This document shows, one piece after another, positions 29,893 through 40,018 of a stretch of DNA of 64,000 nt. Origin of the DNA: an uncultured Flavobacteriaceae bacterium (GTDB taxonomy: Bacteria > Bacteroidota > Bacteroidia > Flavobacteriales > Flavobacteriaceae); the NCBI GenBank assembly GCA_963832255.1, contig CAWHTM010000008.1, forward strand, positions 9,300 to 73,299, written 5' to 3'. A program made the position numbers and the translations under genes. Each line of letters opens with the position of its first letter. Position 1 is the stretch's first letter. The notes under the pieces are model-generated. The model was not told the origin of the DNA, made no database searches, and worked only from the letters and a program-made list of their open reading frames with translations.

Positions 29893-30999
29893 TTAAAAGT
29901 CAAATTTAATCTGCACATCAATTGGCTTTTCCTCTGGGGTTTTTTCCTTTTTCTTATCCTCTGTATTCAAGTTAGAAAGGGAAATCCCCAGCAGTCTAAC
30001 ACTGTTTTCCATTTTCTCTTGGTACAGTAAATCCTTTGCCGTTTCGAGAATTACATCTTTTGATCGCACGTAATAATCTAGCGTTTTAGAACGTGTTTTG
30101 AGGGTGAAGTCAGAGTACTTAATTTTGAGTGTGATGCTTTTTCCTGCGACTTCGCTTTTTGCTAATCGACGGGCGACCTCCTCTGCGATCTGGTCGAGCT
30201 TTTCCAGCATAAAGATCTCAGAAGTTATATTTTCTCTAAAAGTTCTTTCGGCGGCTAGTGATTTTCTAATACGATTAGGTTTTACCTGGCTATGCTGGAT
30301 ACCGCGTACAATGTCATAATAATACACACCACTTTTACCGAAATTCTCAGAGAGCCATTCCCTAGATTTTTTTTTAAGATCCATTCCGGTAAAAATCCCT
30401 TTGAGGTACATTTTTTCGGCTGTCTTTTTTCCGATACCGTAGAATTTTCTGATGTCGAGTTTTTCAAGAAATTCAATGACTTCTTCTGGCGGAATGGTTT
30501 TCTGACCGTTAGGTTTATTGATGTCACTGGCGACTTTTGCAATAAATTTATTAATGCTTATCCCAGCGCTCGCATTGAGCCCTGTTTCCTCAAGGATACG
30601 CTGTCGCACCCAAGAAGCGATAACGGTAGCGCTGGGCATCCCAACCTTATTTTCGGTTACGTCGAGATAGGCCTCATCTAAGGAAAGCGGTTCCACAAGG
30701 TCTGTAAATTCGTAAAAGACCGCCCGTATTTGATCTGAAACCTCGCGGTAACGGTCAAAGTTGGTTCGCACAAAAATAAGTTCTGGGCAGAGCTTTCGCG
30801 CAAGCGCACCCGCCATCGCAGATTTTACTCCAAAGGTACGTGCTTCATAACTTGCCGCACTCACTACCCCGCGCTCTCCACCTCCACCTACGGCAATAGG
30901 TTTGCCTCGTAGATCTGGGTTGTCTAGCTGCTCAACAGACGCATAAAATGCATCCATATCTACGTGTATGATTTTGCGTATGGGAAGAAGTGGTTCGAT
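29893..30999 (-). CDS. dinB: DNA polymerase IV
   Basis: RKIIHVDMDAFYASVE, SYEAR, SLDEAYLD. The frame is open upstream of the ORF-track start (30957); the start codon is uncertain. Confidence 0.93.
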   Translation of the reverse strand: MEPLLPIRKIIHVDMDAFYASVEQLDNPDLRGKPIAVGGGGERGVVSAASYEARTFGVKSAMAGALARKLCPELIFVRTNFDRYREVSDQIRAVFYEFTDLVEPLSLDEAYLDVTENKVGMPSATVIASWVRQRILEETGLNASAGISINKFIAKVASDINKPNGQKTIPPEEVIEFLEKLDIRKFYGIGKKTAEKMYLKGIFTGMDLKKKSREWLSENFGKSGVYYYDIVRGIQHSQVKPNRIRKSLAAERTFRENITSEIFMLEKLDQIAEEVARRLAKSEVAGKSITLKIKYSDFTLKTRSKTLDYYVRSKDVILETAKDLLYQEKMENSVRLLGISLSNLNTEDKKKEKTPEEKPIDVQIKFDF

Positions 31000-31085
31000 A
31001 CTACAAAAATAGTACGTTTAAGGATAGCAATAAGCAGCTTTTGACATTTGAAGCGTAGGATCGTATGATTCGTATAATGAGTTGA

Positions 31086-31784
31086 TTAGTGTTTAAGAAA
31101 GTTTAGTACGTTAGCTTTATAGAGCTTACCTATGGGAATTTGATGATTTTTTATTGTCACCCTATTCCCTTCAATACTATGTATATGCTTTTTTGCAAGA
31201 ATAAAAGATTTGTGAACTTGAATAAACTTTTGGGAGGAAAGAGATTCTAAAATGTCAGAAAGTTTTTGCCTAACGAGTATGTGACCTTCGCTCAGCATTA
31301 CTTGGCAGTAGTTTCCATCGGCTTTGATAAAAAGGATATCATCTACTTTAACCTGACGGTGCTTTTTGTCGCTATATAAAAATATATGCTGCTGTTCTTT
31401 AATGTGTGGTGATATAAGACCATTCGGATCGCTTTTAAAATCAATGGCTTTATTAATTGCTTTCAAGAATCTTTCAAAGCTGAATGGTTTTAATAAATAA
31501 TCTATAATATTTAACTCAAATCCCTCAAGAGCGTATTCTTTATAAGCAGTTGTAACAATTACTTTGGGAGGTTGAGGAAGTATTCTCAAAAATTCAAAGC
31601 CTTTCAATTTAGGCATATTGAGATCCAAAAAAATCAAATCTACCTGATGACTTCTTAAATAATCTAAAGCTTCTAACGCGTCATAACAATGCTTTGCTAA
31701 TGTCATATTGGGTAATAAATCACAATAGCCTTTTATAATGGTATGAGCAATATGTTCATCATCTATGATTAGATATGTGGTCAT
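31086..31784 (-). CDS. LytTR family response regulator
   Basis: IIDDE, FLDLNMP, DYLLKP; LytTR-domain FIQVHKSF. Confidence 0.92.
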   Translation of the reverse strand: MTTYLIIDDEHIAHTIIKGYCDLLPNMTLAKHCYDALEALDYLRSHQVDLIFLDLNMPKLKGFEFLRILPQPPKVIVTTAYKEYALEGFELNIIDYLLKPFSFERFLKAINKAIDFKSDPNGLISPHIKEQQHIFLYSDKKHRQVKVDDILFIKADGNYCQVMLSEGHILVRQKLSDILESLSSQKFIQVHKSFILAKKHIHSIEGNRVTIKNHQIPIGKLYKANVLNFLKH

Positions 31785-32599
31785 AACTGCAATTCTAATG
31801 TTACTATATAGGTAGTGTCTGACTTTATAATTTCTAATTTATGCCTTTTGGGATAAGCTAATACTAGTCTTCTCTTTAAATTTTTCAATCCAAGGCCTCC
31901 ACTTTCTAGTGATGCACTTTCATCAAAATTATTTTCTATTTCAAAAAATAAACATTTGGTAGAGGCTTTTAAAATAGCTTTTACGTAAGCCTTTTCTCCC
32001 AACTTCTCCACTCCGTGCTTAAAGGCATTCTCAAATAAAATAATTAATAAAAGGGGTGCAATCCTTATGTTTTCATCTTCTAAATGCACGTTAAACTGAA
32101 CAGCTATTTCCTTATGATACCGTATCCTGTTTAAGTCACTATAATTTTCTAAATAAGATACTTCTTCTTTTAAAAGAACGGCTTCTTTTTCACTTTCATA
32201 GATACTATAACGCATTAGCTCTGATAATTTCAAAATAAGAGCCTTAGACTTCTGGGCATCTTTATCTACCATTCCATATAAATTGTTGAGCATATTAAAA
32301 AAGAAATGCGGATTTACTTGGCTTTGTAAATGAAGTAGCTCGTTCTTTTTAGTTTCGTTTTTTAGGGTTAATAGCGTTTTTAATTGCACAACAAGCCATA
32401 GCAAACCTGTAACTAACACCACAGAATAATAAATGATAACACTAAGCCCTACAACTGAGGGATAATCCCGAAGAAAAACTACAGAATCCTTTCCCAGTAT
32501 TATAAATTCATAACCCATAATACCTACAGGAATAAGTATAGTTATGAAAATAAAAGTCTTAACTACCAGCCAGTTTTTCTGTTTTAAAATAGATTTCAT
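31781..32599 (-). CDS. LytS/YehU-type sensor histidine kinase
   Basis: QVNPHFFFNMLNN, ENAFKHG and GLGLKNL motifs; two TM helices. Confidence 0.9.
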   Translation of the reverse strand: MKSILKQKNWLVVKTFIFITILIPVGIMGYEFIILGKDSVVFLRDYPSVVGLSVIIYYSVVLVTGLLWLVVQLKTLLTLKNETKKNELLHLQSQVNPHFFFNMLNNLYGMVDKDAQKSKALILKLSELMRYSIYESEKEAVLLKEEVSYLENYSDLNRIRYHKEIAVQFNVHLEDENIRIAPLLLIILFENAFKHGVEKLGEKAYVKAILKASTKCLFFEIENNFDESASLESGGLGLKNLKRRLVLAYPKRHKLEIIKSDTTYIVTLELQL

Positions 32600-32811
32600 A
32601 TAGTAAAAATAGCTCAAAAGAAACAAGATGCTTCATAATAGTGATGAGTGTATACTAGCCCGTGCTATACCTCTCAAATACTGTGACCAAGCCATTATTT
32701 TTAATAGATTCTAATTTCACCACATCAATAGCCATGTATATCACATAAAATGTAATAGGACTTCTGCTACCTATATTTTTGAGCCATTATCAATTAAAAA
32801 TAATCAGCTCT

Positions 32812-33984
32812 ATGAAAGAAAGAATCATTCGCTACTTAAAAAATATAGTTGGGACACTACTCCTGTTGTTACTAGTAGGTGTTATCGTTATCATCTCTTT
32901 AAATGGAAGTTTTGAATATGGAAACAACCCTCAAAATATAAATCTTGATAAGGAAGGTCCGTATGCCTTTTACGAGACAGATACCACTTTAACAATAAAC
33001 TACATAAGGGGCAATAAGACTGATGGTTTTTATCTTGATAAAACAGAGCATCCTGATACTGATGATATTTCTGCGAGTTGTTATTTTCCGTTAGAAAATT
33101 CAAGTTTTGATTTTACTATAACACCAGAAATCAAAACTCCAAGATCTACCTATGCTGATAATCAACCTATAGTTGCCATTTCAGATATTGAAAGCGGTTT
33201 TAAGACTTTTCGGGATTTTTTAATTGCAAACAAGGTAATAGACGCACATCTCAATTGGATTTTTAGCAAAGGACATCTTGTTTTGGTAGGTGATTTTGTT
33301 GATAGAGGATTCTCAACCACTCAAGTGCTTTGGTTTATTTATAAACTAGAACAAGAGGCAGAAAAGCAAGGAGGTAACGTACACTTTATACTAGGAAATC
33401 ACGAACTCTATAATATGCAGGGGAAGTATCAGTCGGCTTCATATAAATATTATGGTGTCGCCTCAATATTAGGAAAACAACATCACGAATTATATAATAA
33501 AAAGTCTTTTTTAGGAAAATGGCTGGCCTCTAAAAATACGATAGAGCTTATCAATGGATATCTATTTGCACACGGTGGCATTCACCCAGAAATCGCCGAT
33601 TTTGACATCTCGATAGATCAAATAAACGATATCAACAGAAAAAATTATTACCAAGCGTACTTTCCCAAGCCAGTAGAAACTGTTGAACAATTAATTATAT
33701 CAAACAAGAAAGGCATTTGCTGGTACAGAGGGTATTTTAAAGATAAGCTATCAATGGCAGAAGTAGAAAAGGGCATAGCTAAGTTTAATGCTAAGGCCAT
33801 AGTTGTTGGTCATACCCTACAAAGATCAGTTACAAAACACTACAATGGAAGCGTCTTTGCGATTGATGTCAAACACCCTAAAGACTATAATAAAAACTGG
33901 CCCAATAAAAGTTCGGAAGGTTTACTCATTTCCAAAAATCGGTGTTATCGTATCACAGAAACTGGAAATAGAATAGAATTATAA
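32812..33984 (+). CDS. Metallophosphoesterase (calcineurin-like)
   Basis: SDIE, GDFVDRG, GNHE, HGG and VGHT motifs. Confidence 0.87.
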   Translation: MKERIIRYLKNIVGTLLLLLLVGVIVIISLNGSFEYGNNPQNINLDKEGPYAFYETDTTLTINYIRGNKTDGFYLDKTEHPDTDDISASCYFPLENSSFDFTITPEIKTPRSTYADNQPIVAISDIESGFKTFRDFLIANKVIDAHLNWIFSKGHLVLVGDFVDRGFSTTQVLWFIYKLEQEAEKQGGNVHFILGNHELYNMQGKYQSASYKYYGVASILGKQHHELYNKKSFLGKWLASKNTIELINGYLFAHGGIHPEIADFDISIDQINDINRKNYYQAYFPKPVETVEQLIISNKKGICWYRGYFKDKLSMAEVEKGIAKFNAKAIVVGHTLQRSVTKHYNGSVFAIDVKHPKDYNKNWPNKSSEGLLISKNRCYRITETGNRIEL

Positions 33985-33988
33985 TACT

Positions 33989-34675
33989 ATGAAAACTAAA
34001 ATCTTTAATTTTTTAACGCAGCCTTACATAGTTATTTTAACGATGTCAATCGCTCCCGTATTTGGGCTTATAGACCGAAATCTTGTCTTTTTCTTCGGTC
34101 TCGGAGTTGCACTAATCATTTTATGGTCAAGCAATTTTGATTGGTCGAGATTTGGAATGGGGCAAAAGATGACCCATAAAACGGTGCTGAGAAGTCTAAT
34201 CATAGCAGTCGCTATTTTCTTAACATTTAATGACGTAATTGATCCTATTATTCAATACTACATTGGCGATGTTGATTTATCCTCTTTAGAGGATATAAAG
34301 GGCAATTTAGTAGGATATAGTATACTAATGATTGTTATGTGGGTTTTTGCAGCTTTTGGAGAAGAGTTTCTTTTTCGGGGATACTATATGAAAGCGTTAG
34401 CAGAACTATTGGGAAATTTTAAACGCTCTTGGCTATTATCTGCGATAATCACTTCAATATATTTTGGAATATCTCACGCCTATCAAGGATTAGCTGGTAT
34501 ACTATCTGTCTTCCTATGGTCCTTCGTACTTTCACTCATCTTCATTAAAGAGAGAAACAATTTACTTTTACTTGTCCTGATTCACGGTTTTAATGACACT
34601 ATAGGTTTGACATTACTGTACTTAGGTAAAGACCTTCATATATCAGAATGGCTTCAATATCTGCCTCAGAGATAG
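33989..34675 (+). CDS. CPBP (CAAX protease/Abi) family intramembrane metalloprotease
   Basis: EEFLFRG, FGISH and HGFND motifs. Confidence 0.88.
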   Translation: MKTKIFNFLTQPYIVILTMSIAPVFGLIDRNLVFFFGLGVALIILWSSNFDWSRFGMGQKMTHKTVLRSLIIAVAIFLTFNDVIDPIIQYYIGDVDLSSLEDIKGNLVGYSILMIVMWVFAAFGEEFLFRGYYMKALAELLGNFKRSWLLSAIITSIYFGISHAYQGLAGILSVFLWSFVLSLIFIKERNNLLLLVLIHGFNDTIGLTLLYLGKDLHISEWLQYLPQR

Positions 34676-34744
34676 AGACTTTACCGAAAATGAAAGCTAA
34701 AATTGAAAGCGGTTTTAATGCTTTAAAAACTATAACTTTGAGAT

Positions 34745-35413
34745 ATGAGCAAAACCGCAATCGTACTTGGCGCCACAGGTCTCACAGGAGGGATTCTAAC
34801 GGAACTTCTTCTTGATGATTCCGCTTTCGCAAAAATTAAAATCCTCACGCGCCGCCCCACCCAATTTAAACACCCTAAAGTAGAAGAAATCATTTGTGAT
34901 CTGCTAGCGGTAGAAACCTTTAAGGAGCACTTTAGAGGGGACGTAGTCTTCTGTTGTATAGGCACCACAAAGGCAAAAACCCCAGACCGCGAGAAATACC
35001 ACGCCATAGACTATGGAATTCCTATCCATACGGCGCAGCTAGCAAAAGAAAACAAGATTAACACGTATATCGTTATATCGTCAGTGGGCACAAGCGCAAA
35101 AAGCCCATTCTTTTATGTGCGGACAAAAGGCGAAATGGAACGTGATCTTTTAAAAATAGATGTGGAGCATACGTTTATTATGAAACCTGCTTTTATAAAT
35201 GGTCGTCCAGATGAAGAGCGAAAAGGAGAGAAAACACTCAAAGCGATGATGGCCGTGATGGATTTTCTAATGATAGGACCCCTTAAAAAATATAAATCTA
35301 CCCAAGCAAAAGACATTGCCCAAGCTATGGTGCAACTTGCAAAAAATCCTATCGAACATCACGCTATAGAAAACCGGGAAATCAAGTCCTTGAGCAATGC
35401 CTACAGCGTTTAA
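34745..35413 (+). CDS. NAD(P)H-binding epimerase-like protein
   Basis: LGATGLTG, CCIGTT and YVRTKGEME motifs. Confidence 0.85.
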   Translation: MSKTAIVLGATGLTGGILTELLLDDSAFAKIKILTRRPTQFKHPKVEEIICDLLAVETFKEHFRGDVVFCCIGTTKAKTPDREKYHAIDYGIPIHTAQLAKENKINTYIVISSVGTSAKSPFFYVRTKGEMERDLLKIDVEHTFIMKPAFINGRPDEERKGEKTLKAMMAVMDFLMIGPLKKYKSTQAKDIAQAMVQLAKNPIEHHAIENREIKSLSNAYSV

Positions 35414-35765
35414 TCATATTACCGTCCCTTCAAAAAATCTAGAGCGGTCTATAACCTTTTATACCCGTCTTGGAATGGAACTTATTGAGCACGAAGAAGG
35501 ACATCACGCACATTTTGAAAACAAGGAACACGAGGTTATTTTTACCGCCTATTACAATCAGAACCGACCAGACTATGACGTCCTCGTCTATTTTGAATTG
35601 GACCATCTGGACACATTAGAAATACGCTTTCGCGAAAATATCCTAGAATCAGAAATAGCAAATTGGGAAGGAAAAGAGCTCCACCTTACTGATCCCGATG
35701 GAAATCACGTAGTTTTATACGAAAAGGACTCAGGAGATGTAGTGCCCCCGTGGCAAATTAATTAA
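35397..35765 (+). CDS. VOC/glyoxalase family protein
   Basis: NHITV...SITFYTRLG and DPDGN motifs. Confidence 0.82.
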   Translation: MPTAFNHITVPSKNLERSITFYTRLGMELIEHEEGHHAHFENKEHEVIFTAYYNQNRPDYDVLVYFELDHLDTLEIRFRENILESEIANWEGKELHLTDPDGNHVVLYEKDSGDVVPPWQIN

Positions 35766-35799
35766 AAGAGCGTTCAGCCTTCGCAGAAATGACAAAAAA

Positions 35800-36280
35800 A
35801 TGGTAGAAATAGAACGTAAATTTCTAGTTACCTCAGAGGCTTTCAAAAATGAGGCCCACAAGAGCACGCGTGTCAAGCAAGGATATCTCAGCACAGATCC
35901 AGAGCGCACGGTACGGGTACGCATCAAAGGGGACAAAGGCTTTCTCACCATTAAAGGGAAAATCTAGTGAATCTGGCACTACACGCATTGAAGTAGAAGA
36001 AGAAATCACTATTGAAAAGGCAGAAATATTACTTAAACTCTGTCTTCCGGGTATCATCGATAAAACTCGTTATGAGATAGTTTCAGGAAAACACACCTGG
36101 GAAATAGACGAATTTTATGGAGAAAATGAAGGACTCATCATTGTAGAAATTGAACTTGCTTCTGAAGATGAGTATTTTAAAAAGCCTAATTGGTTGGGAC
36201 TTGAAGTTACCGGAGATCATAAATATTACAATTCGCAGTTGAGCCTCTATCCCTTTTCTACTTGGGAGGTAAAAGATTAA
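35800..36280 (+). CDS. CYTH domain protein with a +1 frameshift near 35960
   Basis: From ATG 35800: MVEIERKFLV...QGYLSTDPERTVRVRIKGDKGFLTIKG; the run GGGAAAATCT has one extra A; continues SSESGTTRIEVE...WEIDEF...EIEL...KYYN. Confidence 0.85.
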
Positions 36281-37008
36281 TCAGTACTATAAATAAGCTT
36301 CATTGTAATGGAAGCTGTTTTTTCTTTGGAGGCTGTATTAAACGTTCCACCCCAAGAATATTCTTCTTGAGAATTCTGACCCGTAATTTGAAATATTCCC
36401 ATCGTTGCAGATTGTAAATCTCCTAAACTTCCCCCTGCATTTTGAGCAATTGTTTCTGCTCTTACTCTTGCATCTTCAGTTGCTTTGGATATCATTTCTA
36501 TCTTCAGATCTGCTAGTTTTGTGAAATAATATCGAGGAGCGTACGAATTAAGAGAAATCCCTTGATCATATAGCTCTGTAGCTTCTCTTGCAATTTTTTC
36601 AATGTTATTCACATCCTTAGATTCGATTTGAACGGTCTGTCTTAGCTCGTGAGCGACAAATTGCACTCCTACGTAGGTACCATTGTCTGCATATAGATTT
36701 TTATTTTGCTCTCCTTTTTGTACCGCACTAAAAACCATATCATCTAGTGAAACCCCTTTGGCAACTAGGTAATTTTGAACCTTCTGTTGATCAACCTTTA
36801 ATAGAGAATATGCATTCTGTAAGTTGGGGCTTGCCGCTGTAAATTGTGCCTCCCATACGATGAGATCTGATGTAAAGTCTTTTGTTCCAAGACCAGTAAC
36901 CCTAATGGTGCCTTCAATTTTAGATCTGTCTACGTAAGCATTTCCTAAAAGAACGGCCGCGAGTACAATTGCGATCCCAAAAATAATGGCTGTGATATGT
37001 TTGCTCAT
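36277..37008 (-). CDS. SIMPL (DUF541) domain protein
   Basis: IRVTG, ATEDARVRAETIA and GIFQITG motifs. Confidence 0.85.
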   Translation of the reverse strand: MSKHITAIIFGIAIVLAAVLLGNAYVDRSKIEGTIRVTGLGTKDFTSDLIVWEAQFTAASPNLQNAYSLLKVDQQKVQNYLVAKGVSLDDMVFSAVQKGEQNKNLYADNGTYVGVQFVAHELRQTVQIESKDVNNIEKIAREATELYDQGISLNSYAPRYYFTKLADLKIEMISKATEDARVRAETIAQNAGGSLGDLQSATMGIFQITGQNSQEEYSWGGTFNTASKEKTASITMKLIYSTD

Positions 37009-37061
37009 ACTGTTGTTTTATTGGTAAACTTGGGTATCTACTTTAATATTGTTTCTTAAGG

Positions 37062-37382
37062 CTATTTTGATAGTACATCAAATGAATACTCCCTTTCGAC
37101 CTTGCATATCCTCACCGTATAGTTTTCATACCAATCAGACTTTCCCATACGCTGTGCACCTTGATGCTCTGCTTGGGATTTCCAGCGGGCGATGTCTACT
37201 AGGGTTTTCCAGTAGGAAACGGTGATACCCACATTATCAGTTTCATTTCTTGCGCCTTCTATACCCAGATAGCCAGGCATTTTCTGAGCCAGCTCCTCCA
37301 TTAACTCGGCAGCTTGTTTATACCCTCTGGTAGAGCTCGTTTGCTTAGAGGTAAAAATGACGGCGTAGTAAGGTGGTTGCAT
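37062..37382 (-). CDS. Antibiotic biosynthesis monooxygenase (ABM) family protein
   Basis: PPYYAVIF, PGYLG, ITVSYW, W..H..AQ..G motifs. Confidence 0.87.
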   Translation of the reverse strand: MQPPYYAVIFTSKQTSSTRGYKQAAELMEELAQKMPGYLGIEGARNETDNVGITVSYWKTLVDIARWKSQAEHQGAQRMGKSDWYENYTVRICKVEREYSFDVLSK

Positions 37383-37481
37383 ATTTTGAAATAATTCCCC
37401 TAAACTAAGGAAACCTTTACAATGGATTATTGAAAAGGTTTAAAATTTTCGCGAAAGCGTAAAAACAACATATTGAGAAGG

Positions 37482-38987
37482 CTACTCTACTGTGACAGAT
37501 TTAAAATCCTGTATCGCTTTGTTAGGTTCCATAATGGTGTATCCTTCCCAAAAAGTGGGATCGTATGAAGGTAAATAGGTTGCTTTTACGTCTTTACTAT
37601 CACTCGTAGATTTATAGGTGACTTCATCAATTACTTGAGAATTGTAGACTACAAACTCTTTTTTTGTATGGATTGTCGCGGCAAAATCGAGCTCCATATC
37701 CACCTCATTTTGTTTGCGGCGACCTTTTACGTTTTTGTTTTTTTCAATAATCGTAAGGGGTCGATCTAGTCCAAACGTTACTCCCTTCTCAATCTCCATA
37801 TATCTTAAACTGTAGCCACCATCTTCATCTTTAGAAAAAATGCTCTTACCTCTATACCTATGAGCTTTATAACTTATTCCAAATAATCCGAAACTTGAAA
37901 TATTTCTAACATTTTCAAAGTCAAGGCGCATCACGGCAAAGTCCTCTATATTGACGTAAAAGGTACCTTTAAAGTCTTTTCTACCCTTAGGTTCAAAATG
38001 TATAATATACGCTGGTGTGCCATCAATGGTTGTAAAACCCTCCTTTGAAAATCTATAGCGATTGGACTTATCAAGAATATCTAATTTTGAATCAGGCAGG
38101 AAGAATAGCCCTTCGTACATTTCTTTTACATTATTTTTTACACTTTCTGTTACGTCTGTATCTGGAGCATTTTCATCTGTATCTAGATCTATTTTTATGC
38201 CCTTCTCAACATCTCCAGTATCCTCTTCATTAGGGTCTACCGTTGTACCTAGGAGTCCCGATTTGATTTTGAAGTAGGAGTCTTCTTTGACATTCTTCTT
38301 GATTATAGACTCTAGACGCTTGCCAAATTCTTCTATGTTTGCTCCTTCTTTACTCTTATCATATAATTGAGCAGCTTTATCTGTAAAAAACTTTTGGTCC
38401 TGGTAGGTTCCAGATAACGTTCCTAAAGCTTCTGTAAACACATCGCTCTGACGAGGTATAAAACTCAGTATACTATCCATTAACTGCTGATTAAATTCTG
38501 GAATACTTGTTTTTTCTACTTCCACCTTCATTTCATCCATCGTGTTAGAAAGGGATGTACGGAAGAATATTTTCTTTTGAGTGTAGGAAGATGGATAGTT
38601 TTTTAAAATGTTTTCTTTGATACGATCAATGATCTCCTCTGCCTCTAAGGGATTATTCGTTAGAAACACGTTAGATAGCTCTGTTGTGCTTGGACTTAAC
38701 GTAATTATAGTGTCCGCTGGTTTTTTAATTGGTAGGATTAGGGATTCATACCCTATGGAGGATATTTCTATCGTATTTGTAAATGTGTTTACATCCTCTA
38801 ACGAGATGGAGAATACGCCCTCTGCATTACTTATAGTTCCCTTATTTTCTGCAAGTTTTAAGGTCGCAAAAGGGATGGGTTCTTTAGATTTGACATCTAT
38901 CAGTTGAGCCGTGTAAGACTGCGCTTGTAAACCAATACCAGCTAACACTAGAAATAACGTAAGCGTAAAATAATTGTGTGATCTCAT
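37482..38987 (-). CDS. Carboxypeptidase-like regulatory domain protein
   Basis: Signal peptide; EPIPFAT...GTISNAEGVF...ISSIGY. Confidence 0.78.
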   Translation of the reverse strand: MRSHNYFTLTLFLVLAGIGLQAQSYTAQLIDVKSKEPIPFATLKLAENKGTISNAEGVFSISLEDVNTFTNTIEISSIGYESLILPIKKPADTIITLSPSTTELSNVFLTNNPLEAEEIIDRIKENILKNYPSSYTQKKIFFRTSLSNTMDEMKVEVEKTSIPEFNQQLMDSILSFIPRQSDVFTEALGTLSGTYQDQKFFTDKAAQLYDKSKEGANIEEFGKRLESIIKKNVKEDSYFKIKSGLLGTTVDPNEEDTGDVEKGIKIDLDTDENAPDTDVTESVKNNVKEMYEGLFFLPDSKLDILDKSNRYRFSKEGFTTIDGTPAYIIHFEPKGRKDFKGTFYVNIEDFAVMRLDFENVRNISSFGLFGISYKAHRYRGKSIFSKDEDGGYSLRYMEIEKGVTFGLDRPLTIIEKNKNVKGRRKQNEVDMELDFAATIHTKKEFVVYNSQVIDEVTYKSTSDSKDVKATYLPSYDPTFWEGYTIMEPNKAIQDFKSVTVE

Positions 38988-39112
38988 AACTATAAAGGTG
39001 TACGATGAATGTTATATAAGCAGCTTCTTTTACCATCTCTTTACAAAAAGAATATGGCCGCTACTTTAAAGACGTTTATTACGTAGAAAAGGTTGCCTCT
39101 ATATAAAATTTT

Positions 39113-39289
39113 TCAATATTTATCCGTGTTTGTCACAGAAGCCTGTGCTGCTTTCATCTTCTCTTTAAGAATATTAAGTCTTTGTGCCGAGGCATCTTTT
39201 TTCTCTCGCTCCTTTTTTTTCTTGCGATCCATAAGCTTAGAATGCTTAGCCTTGTTCTTCGTGTTTTTAGCAGATCCTCTCTTAGCCAT
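39113..39289 (-). CDS. 58-aa Lys-rich small protein (MAKRGSAKNTKNKAKHSKLMDRKKKKEREKKDASAQRLNILKEKMKAAQASVTNTDKY)
   Basis: Manual translation; starts 18 nt after the SH3 gene stop in an A-rich context; shorter than any ORF in the track. Confidence 0.65.
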   Translation of the reverse strand: MAKRGSAKNTKNKAKHSKLMDRKKKKEREKKDASAQRLNILKEKMKAAQASVTNTDKY

Positions 39290-39307
39290 TATTTTAAAAT
39301 CTTAGAT

Positions 39308-39985
39308 TTAATACGTGAGTGTATCCAGTTGCTTTATATAAAGATCATAAACCCAACCGCGCTCACCATTCTCCCGTTGCATAAACTTCCACTTACTAAC
39401 GATGGTGTCTCTGCGTATGAGCTGTATGCGCTCTCCCATTTTTGGGAAAGAACTTATGATTTCTGAATTTATAGTGGGCTCCATTCTTATATTTACTTCA
39501 TCACCCGTAACTATAGCGTTACCGAAGAGGACTTCCTCCTCCTCTACTTTTTCTTCTGTAACCACAAGAGTTTCTTCCTCTTGGGTTGGTTCTTTTTTTC
39601 TGTCAAAATATCCGTACGCTAGTACGCTAATTGCGACAATGGTAAATAGCGCAATGTACATATAGGATTTCTTACGTTTCTTAGGCTTAGGGTCTATTGC
39701 CTTTCTAATCTTTTCCAATTTTAACGCCTCCATTTCCTTGCGGCGTTTTTCTAAGGCATCTATCCTTTTTTCTTCTTCTATTTTTTGAAACTTATCAAAA
39801 AGACGTTGTTGCTCCACTTTCCAGCTGTCCTCGTCATAATATTTTCCAGTTGCATCCTCATAATAACCTGTAAAAAGTGCCTCACCTTGTAGTTGTTTCT
39901 CATAGATTTTCCCTTCAGCATTGGTGATAAAGCTGTCCTCATTTTTTGCTCTTGAAGTAATGATCCTTTTTAATATTTCTGACAT
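39308..39985 (-). CDS. Membrane-anchored protein with C-terminal bacterial SH3 domain
   Basis: TM helix then VNIRMEP...W...GWV. Confidence 0.72.
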   Translation of the reverse strand: MSEILKRIITSRAKNEDSFITNAEGKIYEKQLQGEALFTGYYEDATGKYYDEDSWKVEQQRLFDKFQKIEEEKRIDALEKRRKEMEALKLEKIRKAIDPKPKKRKKSYMYIALFTIVAISVLAYGYFDRKKEPTQEEETLVVTEEKVEEEEVLFGNAIVTGDEVNIRMEPTINSEIISSFPKMGERIQLIRRDTIVSKWKFMQRENGERGWVYDLYIKQLDTLTY

Positions 39986-40018
39986 AAAGTGGTATGATTG
40001 CTTTTACAAAGTTCAATA

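Noticed and set aside
33989-34675. CPBP/'Abi' gene as a phage-defence system
   Set aside because: The Abi label for this protease family does not imply abortive infection; the context is a LytS/LytTR-linked module.
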